Of a stretch of DNA of 64,000 nucleotides, positions 10,501-18,721 are shown piece after piece (position 1 is the first letter of the stretch; each line of letters opens with the position of its first letter). Origin of the DNA: Flavobacteriales bacterium (GTDB taxonomy: Bacteria > Bacteroidota > Bacteroidia > Flavobacteriales_D > Sanyastnellaceae); NCBI GenBank assembly GCA_947488195.1, contig CANKYR010000002.1:5241-69240 (forward strand), in the 5' to 3' direction. The translations under genes and the position numbers were made by a program. The notes under the pieces were generated by a model. It was given only the letters and a program-made list of their open reading frames with translations. It did not search any database and was not told the DNA's origin.

Positions 10501-10593
10501 CAAACTGTATTGAATAAAGGAATATTGCTGACCTAAAAGTGTTAGCGGGATAAAGAAAAGTAAAAACGATATGGACTTGAAAATGCTCTTCAT
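7552..10593 (-). CDS. Sensor histidine kinase with a periplasmic two-component-regulator propeller/Y_Y_Y domain and a LytS/YehU-type kinase core
   Basis: 1013 aa. Signal peptide, many Reg_prop-like repeats (for example DKQGYVWLGTLGG, DREGIQWFASYGGG, SRDGKIWMATRDG), one TM helix (WWVILLEFIFLVGIVVLI), His_kinase box NRHFIFNALNSIQYYI, and an ATPase region IRIEDNGIG. Confidence 0.9.
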   Translation of the reverse strand: MKSIFKSISFLLFFIPLTLLGQQYSFIQYSLKEGLAQTQVRCIQQDKQGYVWLGTLGGASKFNGNQFVNYSRTDGLINNQINCIHQLQNEQIVFGSIGGISVLEGNTFTTHKYSGELNDASTTSLVEFNPNELLIGTERGLIFFSENKFVEDNITLFFQGESIKRIRKNSNNELLVSTKKGIWKLKNNQWEQLYTLNDEENVLFDFIENSKHEIWAVTSLGGVLNVSTGLPLTNIGDFALANVFTGIDSNNGNIYFTSRTGVVLFNEANESHLLFSKSNGLEVDDIRQVFIDREGIQWFASYGGGIFKLTNTQFKSFTTNNGLTGNAVMSITQDSRGNYFFGTYDNGISILSNPSDNFSANFNGALHELSPNLRVWTTLKSWGWKGAIWIGTPEGLYEYDCCSYAMPHWLHFGKEEGLEEEVVLSLLQRRDGSLLIGTNKGIQAKSGEAFQSFSQLPNFPATRIRHIIESRDGKIWMATRDGISLFQNNTFTNFGEAQGLQDASAYSIAELPNGELIAGTQSGLFKGNESGFVHLNISEEPGGNTVNFLKVIQNKLWIGTLNGIFIWELNSAGGLGERMIHLNESDGLISLETNLNAIYVDLKNTVWVGTPNGVMQIELSAIDQKFNIPQPIVHLTNIQSNLENIDWKALTSGTWNGKSFPNGLEFNYRQNSFTFFFDASSTTYPERLEFSYWLEGLDSTWSSPTSFSQVNFNNLPSGNYTFHIRARNGQWGTWSEEVTWQFRISPPWYLMWWVILLEFIFLVGIVVLITRSRRRNIRNKHLAEQSEMKAKLLMLEQQSMNSSMNRHFIFNALNSIQYYINRQDKLAANQYLTDFAKLIRKNLDSSQENFAPLSEEIERLELYLKLESMRFPDKFKYHIQLDAPEVLRQVKIPAMLIQPFLENSIWHGLLPKDSGGLLNVFFGLKNDCLEIRIEDNGIGLAESQARKTNSDAHISKGMEITRSRIELIEQMTGKRIKLIGPEDWKSENGESGTRVTIHFPRDFQEIFNQGNTF

Positions 10594-11357
10594 TACTCTT
10601 GCATTTTATCTAAAAATTCTTGCAATTTTCTTCTGGAAACAGGCACGTGATCGCCGTTGGAAAGCACCACCACATTGCCTTCAGTGCGATTGAATTCTTT
10701 TAAATGCAAGGCAACATTTACAATGTGCGATTTGTGCACGCGCATGAACATGTGCGAATCTAATTTTTCTTCGAAAGATTTGATGTTCTTGCTGCTCACG
10801 TATTTTTTTCCATTCACACAAAACAGCGTCGTGTAATTTTCGTCGGCTTCTAAACGAATCAATTCGTTGTTGCGAAGAATCACAAATCCATCTCGGGTAG
10901 GGACAATTGTTTTATCGAAATTGCTGTGAAGTGCAATTTCCTGAAGAACACGGTTTATTTTATTCTCGTCTAGAGCACCTGTTTGCTGCGATTTGCTTTT
11001 CACAGCTTTTGCGACAACATTTTTTAATTCCTCAATATCAATAGGCTTCTCGAGATAGTCTAAGGCATTTTCTTTAATGGCTTTTACGGCATATTCTCGA
11101 AACGCGGTGGTAAAAACAACTTGGAAATTTCGGTTTTTAACTTGTTCTAAAAATGCAAATCCATCGGCCTCAGGCATCATGATGTCTAGGAACACTAGGT
11201 CAACTTGATTTTTTTCACACAACTCTAGCGCTTCTTTTACTGAAGAGGCTTCACCTATTAATTCGATATTTTCCTTCGCATAGTCTTCCAACAACATTTT
11301 TAAATTCTCACGAGCGAAGAATTCGTCATCGACCAGTATCGCTTTCAGTTTTTCCAT
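10593..11357 (-). CDS. LytTR-family response regulator
   Basis: 254 aa. Receiver domain (ILVDDE, DLVFLDIMMP) plus a C-terminal LytTR DNA-binding domain. Its stop overlaps the kinase start (TAATG). Confidence 0.92.
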   Translation of the reverse strand: MEKLKAILVDDEFFARENLKMLLEDYAKENIELIGEASSVKEALELCEKNQVDLVFLDIMMPEADGFAFLEQVKNRNFQVVFTTAFREYAVKAIKENALDYLEKPIDIEELKNVVAKAVKSKSQQTGALDENKINRVLQEIALHSNFDKTIVPTRDGFVILRNNELIRLEADENYTTLFCVNGKKYVSSKNIKSFEEKLDSHMFMRVHKSHIVNVALHLKEFNRTEGNVVVLSNGDHVPVSRRKLQEFLDKMQE

Positions 11358-11415
11358 AATTCGTTGGCTTCAATGCTTGCAAATTACGAAGGAAATGGGG
11401 TTTTTAAAGAATGAT

Positions 11416-11423
11416 TATCTTTG
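11416..11423 (+). promoter_or_regulatory. Candidate -7 promoter box for gpsA
   Basis: TATCTTTG (exact TAnnTTTG) 5 nt upstream of ATG 11429. It lies inside the longer ORF-track start at 11411, which argues for the 11429 start. Confidence 0.4.
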
Positions 11424-11428
11424 CATTC

Positions 11429-12433
11429 ATGACAGATTCAGGAAAGAAGACTATTGGTGTTTTGGGTGGCGGTAGCTGGGCTACGGCTTTAACCAAATTA
11501 TTGAGTCAATCGCAGGAGAATGTGTATTGGTGGATGCGCAATGAAGAGGCTGTAAAGCACATTCAAGAGTTTGGCCACAATCCGAATTACATTCAGGCCA
11601 TTGAATTTGACTTGAACAAAGTTCACGTCTCTTCGAACCTTCAAGAAATTGTAGATGCGTGTGATATTTTGGTTGTTGCTATTCCTTCAGCATTCGTTCA
11701 TTCCGCCTTCCAAGAAGCTGATGTGAAGGGCCTAGAGAATAAAATTTTGTTTTCTGCCATCAAAGGGGTAATTAACGAGTTCGATGCAATTCCTGCGCGT
11801 TACTTTCACAAGACTTGGAATGTTCCATACGATAGCATTGGTATTGTCTGCGGACCTTGTCACGCAGAAGAAGTTGCATTGGAGAAATTATCATATTTAA
11901 CCATTGGCTGTTCAGATTTAGACAAGGCCGATTACATGGCAGAACAGTTGAAATGCCGATTCATTAAGACAACTACAACAGAAGACGTTTTTGGAACGGA
12001 GTTATCTGCTATTTTGAAAAATGTATATGCTGTGGCTTCGGGTATTTGTCACGGCTTAGGGTATGGTGATAATTTCCAGGCGGTGCTTGTCACTGCTGCT
12101 ATAGGAGAAATAGAACGTTTCATTGATTCTGTTCACGAAGTGCATCGCGATGTTAAATCTTCTGCCTATTTAGGTGACTTATTGGTAACAGCGTATTCGC
12201 CTTATTCGCGTAATCGCACATTCGGAACCATGGTAGGTAAGGGTTACAGCGTGAAATGGGCAACCATTGAAATGAACATGGTGGCTGAGGGTTACTATGC
12301 TACACGCGGAATTCACGAGATCAACAAGAAATTCAACGCAGATATTCCAATTGCTGATGCGGTTTATCGAATCCTCTACGAGAAAGTTTCACCTGCTGTG
12401 GAAATGCGAATCCTAGCCGATAAGCTTAGCTAG
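11429..12433 (+). CDS. gpsA: NAD(P)H-dependent glycerol-3-phosphate dehydrogenase
   Basis: 334 aa from ATG 11429 (an alternative start is 11411). Rossmann motif IGVLGGGSWATAL and the GpsA C-terminal domain. Confidence 0.9.
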   Translation: MTDSGKKTIGVLGGGSWATALTKLLSQSQENVYWWMRNEEAVKHIQEFGHNPNYIQAIEFDLNKVHVSSNLQEIVDACDILVVAIPSAFVHSAFQEADVKGLENKILFSAIKGVINEFDAIPARYFHKTWNVPYDSIGIVCGPCHAEEVALEKLSYLTIGCSDLDKADYMAEQLKCRFIKTTTTEDVFGTELSAILKNVYAVASGICHGLGYGDNFQAVLVTAAIGEIERFIDSVHEVHRDVKSSAYLGDLLVTAYSPYSRNRTFGTMVGKGYSVKWATIEMNMVAEGYYATRGIHEINKKFNADIPIADAVYRILYEKVSPAVEMRILADKLS

Positions 12434-12486
12434 TTTTGTTGAAAAGCAACGCATTGTGTTCCGAAGTAGTCTTATCTTCGAATACC

Positions 12487-15400
12487 ATGTCTCCGCGACG
12501 AAGAAAGATATTTTTGCTAGTGTTTTTTCTGACATTTTTGCCAGCGATTGCCTATTCGCAAATTTCTTTCATTCAAAACAAAGGTCAATGGCCACTGCAT
12601 GTCAAGTACAAAGCTGAAATTCCCGGAGGATCTTTCTGGATTCAATCGAACGGATTCGCCTATGAGCTTTTCGATTCAACTATTTTTAATCCCGATCACA
12701 AACCGAATGCTCTTCCTGAATCGGTAACGACCTTGTTTTTCTTGCAGCAATTGGAGAATGCACAATTGAATGAAGCCGAGGAAGAAGAAAAATTGCCAGG
12801 ATATTTCAATTATTATTTGGGATCCGACTCAACGAAGTGGAGCTCGCGTGTGAATCGGTTTCAAAATATAAATTTTCAGAATGTCTATGATGGAATTGAC
12901 TTTCGCGTTTTAGGAAAATCGAAATCCATCAAATACCAATTTGAACTTCAGCCAAACGCAGATCCAAATCTTATTTCTTGGCATTACCACGATTCACTTC
13001 AACTTGAATTAGATACTTCTGGAAACTTAATTTCACACCATCTGCTCGGGAGAATATACGAGTCGAAACCGTTTGCTTTTCAATCTATTAATGGACACTT
13101 CATTGAAGTGAAATGCAAGTATATTTTGAATGGAAATCGATTACAATTTGTGTTGGGAGAATACGATTCGAATTACGCGCTTATCATTGATCCGGAAATT
13201 GCTTTCTCCACGTTTATAGGCTCTTCTGCGAATAATTTTGGATTCACCGCATGCGATGATTTAAGTGGAAACTTAGTGTCAGGAGCAAGTGTTTTCGCCA
13301 ACAATTATCCAGTTACAGCGAATGCGTATAGTTCGACGTTTAATCCCAATGTGGGCAATTATTTCGATGTAGCGATATCGAAGTTCGATGCTACGGGATC
13401 TGGACTTTTGTATAGTACTTACTTAGGCGGACTTCATCAAGAAACACCGCATTCCGTTGTGGTAGATAACCTCGATCGCATAATTGTTTTCGGGGTAACT
13501 GGAAGTAGCGATTTTCCAACTTCGTTGGGTGCATATCAGCCTGTTTTTGCTGGAGGAAATCCCTTGATGATGTCAACTTTTTTTACAAGCGGACACCCAG
13601 ACGGGTGTGATTTTTTTATAGCGAAGTTTAACGCAAGTGGAACCTTAGCTGCTTCGACTTTTCTTGGTGAAAATGCCACAGACGGATTGAATTATGCGAA
13701 TGAATTGTTCTACAATTACGGCGATGCTTTTCGCGGTGAAGTGAATGTAGATGGTAACAACAATATATTTATTGGGTCATGTGTTCGCGGGAATGCAGAC
13801 ATTGCGGGAGGCTCCTCACAGCCCACCTATGGGGGCGGAGACAGTGATGGTTATGTTGCGAAGTTGAATCCGAGTTTGAGCATGCTTCTTTGGTCATCGT
13901 ATTTCGGAGGGTCAGGAGCAGACGCTATTTATGCATTGGAATTTGCAAACGATGGAGATCTGATTTTAGCAGGAGGAACCCAAAGTCAGAATTTTCCATT
14001 CTGTTCGAACGGGCAAGATCCGAATTGGAATGGTGCAACGGATGGATTTATTCTGCGTATCGATGCAAACACATTTACTCCAGTAGCAGGAACATTTATT
14101 GGAACTGGAGAATACGATCAGGCATATTTCCTTCAAACCGATTTAAATGATAATATTTATTGTCTAGGACAGACTGAAGGAACCATGGCTATAACTCCAG
14201 GGTTATACGGTCAGACTAATAGTGGACAATTCATTCGTCAATACAATCCAATATTAAGCACACTTAATTGGAATACGACCATTGGAACGGGAAGCGGTGA
14301 GATTGACATTTCTCCAACAGCTTTTTTGGTGAGCGATTGCAATCAGATTTATTTTAGTGGGTGGGGTGGAAATACAAATTCGTTAACCTGTCCTGCACTA
14401 ACATGTTTGGCCTATTACAGCACCACGAATAACCTTCCAATTACCGCAGATGCATTTCAATCGACGACGGACGGAAGCGATTTTTATTTGGCTGTTTTGA
14501 ACGCGAGTGCAACGCAATTGGTTTATGGTTCTTTTCTAGGTGGAAGCTTAAGCGCTGAGCACGTGGATGGAGGAACATCGCGATTCGATAAGAGCGGCTC
14601 TGTTTATCAGGCGGTTTGTGCGGGTTGTCAGAGCAACGATGATTTCCCAACCACACCAGGTGCTTGGTCTTCCACCAACAATAGTTTCGGATGTAATCTA
14701 GCCGTTTTCCGTTTCGACCTAGGTCAATTGGAAGCCATCGCGAGCGTTCAAGGCCCTTCGGAAATATGTGTCGGAAGCCCTGCGCAATTCACCAATGAAA
14801 CATTGAATGCCTCTGATTTTATTTGGAATTTCGGAGATGGTTTTACAAGCACAGCTTTTGAACCCAGTCACGTATTTGATGCAGTTGGAAATGTTACAAT
14901 TTCCATGATCGCTTCCGATATAAATGATTGCTACGTTTCAGATACCGCAACAGTGAATCTTCAAATTATTGAATTTATTCCTCCGACAATTGCAAGTGTG
15001 AACTCCATTTGTTTGGGTGAATCAGTAACATTGAACGCAACAGGATCAACGAATTTGTTTTGGTTGAATAATGCAACACTTTCAAACGTAAATGGTAACA
15101 CGGCCAGTGCAACGCCAGCGATTTCGACAACCTATTACGTCTCGGATTTTAATGCATGTGGAAGCGATACCGTTGGTGTTTATCTGAACGTAATTGTTCC
15201 TGTTGCGGAAGCGGGTCCTGATCACACCATATGCATTGGCGATTCACAAACACTCACAGCTTCAGGCGGTGTCACGTATCAGTGGCAAAATTCAACCTCG
15301 TTGAGTGCTTTGAATAACGCAAACACGGTTGCAACACCTTTGGTGGATGAGCAATTTTTTGTCACCATAACAACGCTCGAAGGATGTGAAGCCACCGACA

Positions 15401-16374
15401 GTTGTTATGTCTTTGTGGAACAGACTGTTCCCGGTGGAGTCGTTTATCCGACCATTCAATTGTGCCTTGGAGAAAGCGTGGTGTTGCAATCTGAAGAAGG
15501 GCTCACGTATTCATGGTCTCCTTCGGCAGGATTGAATGCAACCAACATTCAGAATCCAACGGCTGAACCAACAAACTCGATAACTTATAATGTTGCCATT
15601 ACGAACGCTTGCGGTTTGGGCAATTCTGAAGTAAGCGTTGATGTGATTGAATTGAATGTGGTCGCTTCCGAAGGTGGCACTGTTTGCTTGGGCGGATACT
15701 ATCCGATTGAAGCAAGCGGTGCTGATTTTTATTCGTGGTTGCCATATAGTAGTGTTGTTAATGCTTCGGCGAGTTCAACTTTAGCGAATGCGCCTTTTTC
15801 GCAATGGATTACTGTGGTTGGAACAGATGTGAACGGATGCGCCGACACCGATTCGTTGTACATGAACATTCTTCTGTTACCCGAAGTAGATGCTGGTCCT
15901 GATCAATACTTCGATTATCCAGGAAGCACTTCTTTATTCGGAAATACATTTGGCTTGAGTTACAATTGGTCTCCCTCTGTAGGACTCTCATGTGCCGATT
16001 GCGCTTATCCCACCGCCATTCCTTCATCACCGACTTGGTATTATTTAACCACCACGAACAACACAGGTTGTGTAGGAATAGATTCGGTGTATGTCCGTCC
16101 GTATTTTCCTGTTTATATTCCCAATGCAATTACACCAAACGGCGATGGGCTGAATGATGTATTCTTGGTGGTTGGAGATAACTTAACTGGTTTTCATCTT
16201 CAAATTTTCGACCGTTGGGGCATCATGATTTTCGAAACGAATAACCCGGATGAGCCTTGGCTGGCGGGTTACAAAGGGTATTTTGTTCCAAACGATGTTT
16301 ATACTTGGAAGGTGACTTTTGACAGTATAGAACGAAGACAAGAATTAATTGGACACGTAACTGTGATTCGTTAA
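12487..16374 (+). CDS. Large secreted cell-surface protein: SBBP beta-propeller repeats, a PKD domain, tandem Ig-like modules and a T9SS type B (gliding-motility-associated) C-terminal sorting domain
   Basis: 1295 aa from ATG 12487 (MSPRRRKIFLLVFFLTFLPAIAYSQ signal peptide; the ORF-track start 12436 is a TTG). SBBP-like LLYSTYLGGLHQETPHSVVVD. PKD-like FIWNFGDGFTSTAFEPSHVFDAVGNVTISM. C-terminal YIPNAITPNGDGLNDVFLVVGDNLTGFHLQIFDRWG. Confidence 0.88.
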   Translation: MSPRRRKIFLLVFFLTFLPAIAYSQISFIQNKGQWPLHVKYKAEIPGGSFWIQSNGFAYELFDSTIFNPDHKPNALPESVTTLFFLQQLENAQLNEAEEEEKLPGYFNYYLGSDSTKWSSRVNRFQNINFQNVYDGIDFRVLGKSKSIKYQFELQPNADPNLISWHYHDSLQLELDTSGNLISHHLLGRIYESKPFAFQSINGHFIEVKCKYILNGNRLQFVLGEYDSNYALIIDPEIAFSTFIGSSANNFGFTACDDLSGNLVSGASVFANNYPVTANAYSSTFNPNVGNYFDVAISKFDATGSGLLYSTYLGGLHQETPHSVVVDNLDRIIVFGVTGSSDFPTSLGAYQPVFAGGNPLMMSTFFTSGHPDGCDFFIAKFNASGTLAASTFLGENATDGLNYANELFYNYGDAFRGEVNVDGNNNIFIGSCVRGNADIAGGSSQPTYGGGDSDGYVAKLNPSLSMLLWSSYFGGSGADAIYALEFANDGDLILAGGTQSQNFPFCSNGQDPNWNGATDGFILRIDANTFTPVAGTFIGTGEYDQAYFLQTDLNDNIYCLGQTEGTMAITPGLYGQTNSGQFIRQYNPILSTLNWNTTIGTGSGEIDISPTAFLVSDCNQIYFSGWGGNTNSLTCPALTCLAYYSTTNNLPITADAFQSTTDGSDFYLAVLNASATQLVYGSFLGGSLSAEHVDGGTSRFDKSGSVYQAVCAGCQSNDDFPTTPGAWSSTNNSFGCNLAVFRFDLGQLEAIASVQGPSEICVGSPAQFTNETLNASDFIWNFGDGFTSTAFEPSHVFDAVGNVTISMIASDINDCYVSDTATVNLQIIEFIPPTIASVNSICLGESVTLNATGSTNLFWLNNATLSNVNGNTASATPAISTTYYVSDFNACGSDTVGVYLNVIVPVAEAGPDHTICIGDSQTLTASGGVTYQWQNSTSLSALNNANTVATPLVDEQFFVTITTLEGCEATDSCYVFVEQTVPGGVVYPTIQLCLGESVVLQSEEGLTYSWSPSAGLNATNIQNPTAEPTNSITYNVAITNACGLGNSEVSVDVIELNVVASEGGTVCLGGYYPIEASGADFYSWLPYSSVVNASASSTLANAPFSQWITVVGTDVNGCADTDSLYMNILLLPEVDAGPDQYFDYPGSTSLFGNTFGLSYNWSPSVGLSCADCAYPTAIPSSPTWYYLTTTNNTGCVGIDSVYVRPYFPVYIPNAITPNGDGLNDVFLVVGDNLTGFHLQIFDRWGIMIFETNNPDEPWLAGYKGYFVPNDVYTWKVTFDSIERRQELIGHVTVIR
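14980..16100 (+). repeat. About five tandem ~75-aa Ig-like modules inside the adhesin gene (protein-level repeat)
   Basis: The recurring module start C(L/I)G(E/D/G)S followed by ..Y(S/Q)W appears as ICLGESVTLNATG, ICIGDSQTLTASGGVTYQW, LCLGESVVLQSEEGLTYSW, VCLGGYYPIEASGADFYSW and FGLSYNWSPSVGL. Boundaries are approximate. Confidence 0.5.
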
Positions 16375-16410
16375 TCTCTTTTAGGATAAATTCGCAAAAA
16401 CAATTATCAC

Positions 16411-17193
16411 ATGTCGTTTCAATTTTTACTTCTAGAAAACATTGGTGCAACACGCATCATTACCATAAACAGACCCGATCAAATGAACGCCCTGAACAAG
16501 GCAACCATTGAAGAGTTACACACAGCTTTTGCAGATGCGGAAGCAGATGAAAACGTTCGCGCAATCGTGCTTACAGGCGCAGGAGAGAAAGCGTTTGTTG
16601 CAGGCGCGGACATTAAAGAATTTGCAAGTTTTTCTGTTGAACAGGGACAAGAACTTTCGTTATTGGGGCATGAGCAGTTGTTCAATTTTGTTGAGCGATT
16701 GAATACACCGGTCATTGCTGCAGTAAACGGATATGCTTTCGGAGGCGGATTGGAACTAGCGATGAGCTGTCACATGCGTGTGGCTTCTTCAAATGCAGTC
16801 ATGGGATTGCCTGAAGTTTCTTTGGGTGTCATTCCTGGTTACGGCGGAACACAACGTTTGCCGCGTTTGGTGGGAAGAGGAAAAGCAACAGAGTTAATTG
16901 TTACAGCTGGAAGACTTTCAGCAACCGATGCGTTGCAATGGGGATTAGTAAATCACGTGGTAGAATTGGACGCTCTTTTGCAGTTCACAACTGATATGGC
17001 TGGAAAAATTGAAAAGCTTTCTCCGTCAGCAATATCAAGTGCTCTGCGCGCGGTGCAAGCTGGATTCGATAGTGAAGCATTTGGATTGAAAGCCGAAGCC
17101 GAAGAATTCGGAAAGTGTTTCGGAACAGAAGATTTTAAAGAAGGAACAACAGCTTTCATGGAAAAACGCAAGCCAACTTTTACAGGGAAATAA
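16411..17193 (+). CDS. Enoyl-CoA hydratase/isomerase (crotonase family)
   Basis: 260 aa. [24 protein letters not shown] and [19 protein letters not shown]. Confidence 0.9.
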   Translation: MSFQFLLLENIGATRIITINRPDQMNALNKATIEELHTAFADAEADENVRAIVLTGAGEKAFVAGADIKEFASFSVEQGQELSLLGHEQLFNFVERLNTPVIAAVNGYAFGGGLELAMSCHMRVASSNAVMGLPEVSLGVIPGYGGTQRLPRLVGRGKATELIVTAGRLSATDALQWGLVNHVVELDALLQFTTDMAGKIEKLSPSAISSALRAVQAGFDSEAFGLKAEAEEFGKCFGTEDFKEGTTAFMEKRKPTFTGK

Positions 17194-17627
17194 TGAAAGT
17201 TGCACTCATAAATAAATCGAAATACCCAGCTCCTGCTTATGCTACATCGCATGCAGCTGGACTAGATCTTCGTGCGAATATTGAAGAATCGATTGAATTG
17301 AAATCACTCGAAAGAGCATTGGTTCCAACAGGATTGTTCATGGAATTACCAGTAGGAACTGAAGCACAGGTTCGTCCACGAAGCGGACTCGCTTTCAAAA
17401 ATGGAATCACTGTATTGAATACGCCCGGAACCATTGACGCCGACTACCGCGGAGAGATTAAAGTCTTGTTGGTGAATCTTTCGAATGAACCGTTCACTAT
17501 TGAACCCGGCGAACGCATTGCCCAAATGGTCGTTGCGAAGCACGAGCAAGTGGAATGGGAAGAGCAAAACGTACTTTCCGAAAGCGAGAGAGGGGCAGGC
17601 GGATTCGGCAGCACAGGCGTGAAATAA
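17193..17627 (+). CDS. dut: dUTP diphosphatase
   Basis: 144 aa. [25 protein letters not shown] and [10 protein letters not shown]. The start overlaps the preceding stop (TAATG). Confidence 0.95.
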   Translation: MKVALINKSKYPAPAYATSHAAGLDLRANIEESIELKSLERALVPTGLFMELPVGTEAQVRPRSGLAFKNGITVLNTPGTIDADYRGEIKVLLVNLSNEPFTIEPGERIAQMVVAKHEQVEWEEQNVLSESERGAGGFGSTGVK

Positions 17628-17661
17628 TTCATTCAATTTCAAATGTTCATTACTTCATTGG

Positions 17662-17687
17662 AAGGCCGAAATGTTTTCGGCCTTTTT
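17662..17687 (+). terminator. Rho-independent terminator after dut
   Basis: Perfect 10-bp stem AAGGCCGAAA / TTTCGGCCTT with loop TGT, followed by TTT. Confidence 0.75.
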
Positions 17688-17719
17688 GCTTTCTTTTGTT
17701 AGACTATAAAATTCAATAG

Positions 17720-18721
17720 ATGAGAATTGTTATTCCAATGGCGGGTATGGGGAAGAGGTTGCGACCGCATACGCTTGTTACGCCCAAGCCACTCGTTCGA
17801 ATTGCCGAAAAGCCCATAGTTCAGAGACTTGTAGAAGATATTGTTTCCATTCAAACTGAAAAGGTTGAAGAGATTGCTTTCATTATCGGACACTTTGGGA
17901 AGGAAGTAGAAAATCATTTAATTGCCTTGGCTGAGCAGCTCGGAGCGAAGGGTACCATTCATTACCAAGATCAAGCACTCGGAACAGCGCATGCGATTAT
18001 GTGCGCCCAATCTGCCCTTACGGGTCCAGTTACTGTAGCTTTTGCAGATACGTTATTCCGCGCCGACTTCAAGTTAGATCCAAATGCAGACGGTGTTTTG
18101 TGGGTGAAGAAAATCGAAGACCCTCGTCAGTTTGGTGTGGTTGAATTGAATGCCGAGGGCACCATTGTTTCCTTCCAAGAAAAACCGCAAGAGTTCGTTT
18201 CAGATTTGGCCATGATTGGAATTTACTATTTCAAAGACGGTGAATGGTTGAAACGTGAACTTCAATATTTACTTGACAACAACATCATGAATGGCGGGGA
18301 ATACCAATTGCCAGACGCCATGCGAAACATGATGAAGCAAGGAGCGAAGTTTGTTCCGGGTGAAGTAGATGAATGGATGGATTGCGGAAATAAGAATGCA
18401 GTGGTAGAAACCATGATCTCGGTTGTTTCTAGACTTCCACAAAATCACAACGTTCAATTGGAGGGAAATTCGAAAATTATTGAACCGTGTTATTTCGGAA
18501 ATAACGTTGTGCTTCACAATTCAACGGTGGGCCCGAACGTTAGTATTGCCAGCAATGTGTCCATTATGAATTCAACACTTGAAAATTCTTCCGTTGAATC
18601 GAATAGTAAAATTGAGAATTGTCAGCTTACAAATTCATTAATCGATGAGTATTGTCAAGTTGCAGGTGTGAACGGAGTGCTTGATTTGGGGTCTTACAAT
18701 TCCATTCAAAACAATGACTAA
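17720..18721 (+). CDS. Sugar-phosphate nucleotidyltransferase with a C-terminal left-handed beta-helix
   Basis: 333 aa. N-terminal IPMAGMGKRLRP (NTP_transferase G-x-G-x-R) and a hexapeptide-like C-terminal region. The substrate cannot be determined by eye. Confidence 0.8.
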   Translation: MRIVIPMAGMGKRLRPHTLVTPKPLVRIAEKPIVQRLVEDIVSIQTEKVEEIAFIIGHFGKEVENHLIALAEQLGAKGTIHYQDQALGTAHAIMCAQSALTGPVTVAFADTLFRADFKLDPNADGVLWVKKIEDPRQFGVVELNAEGTIVSFQEKPQEFVSDLAMIGIYYFKDGEWLKRELQYLLDNNIMNGGEYQLPDAMRNMMKQGAKFVPGEVDEWMDCGNKNAVVETMISVVSRLPQNHNVQLEGNSKIIEPCYFGNNVVLHNSTVGPNVSIASNVSIMNSTLENSSVESNSKIENCQLTNSLIDEYCQVAGVNGVLDLGSYNSIQNND

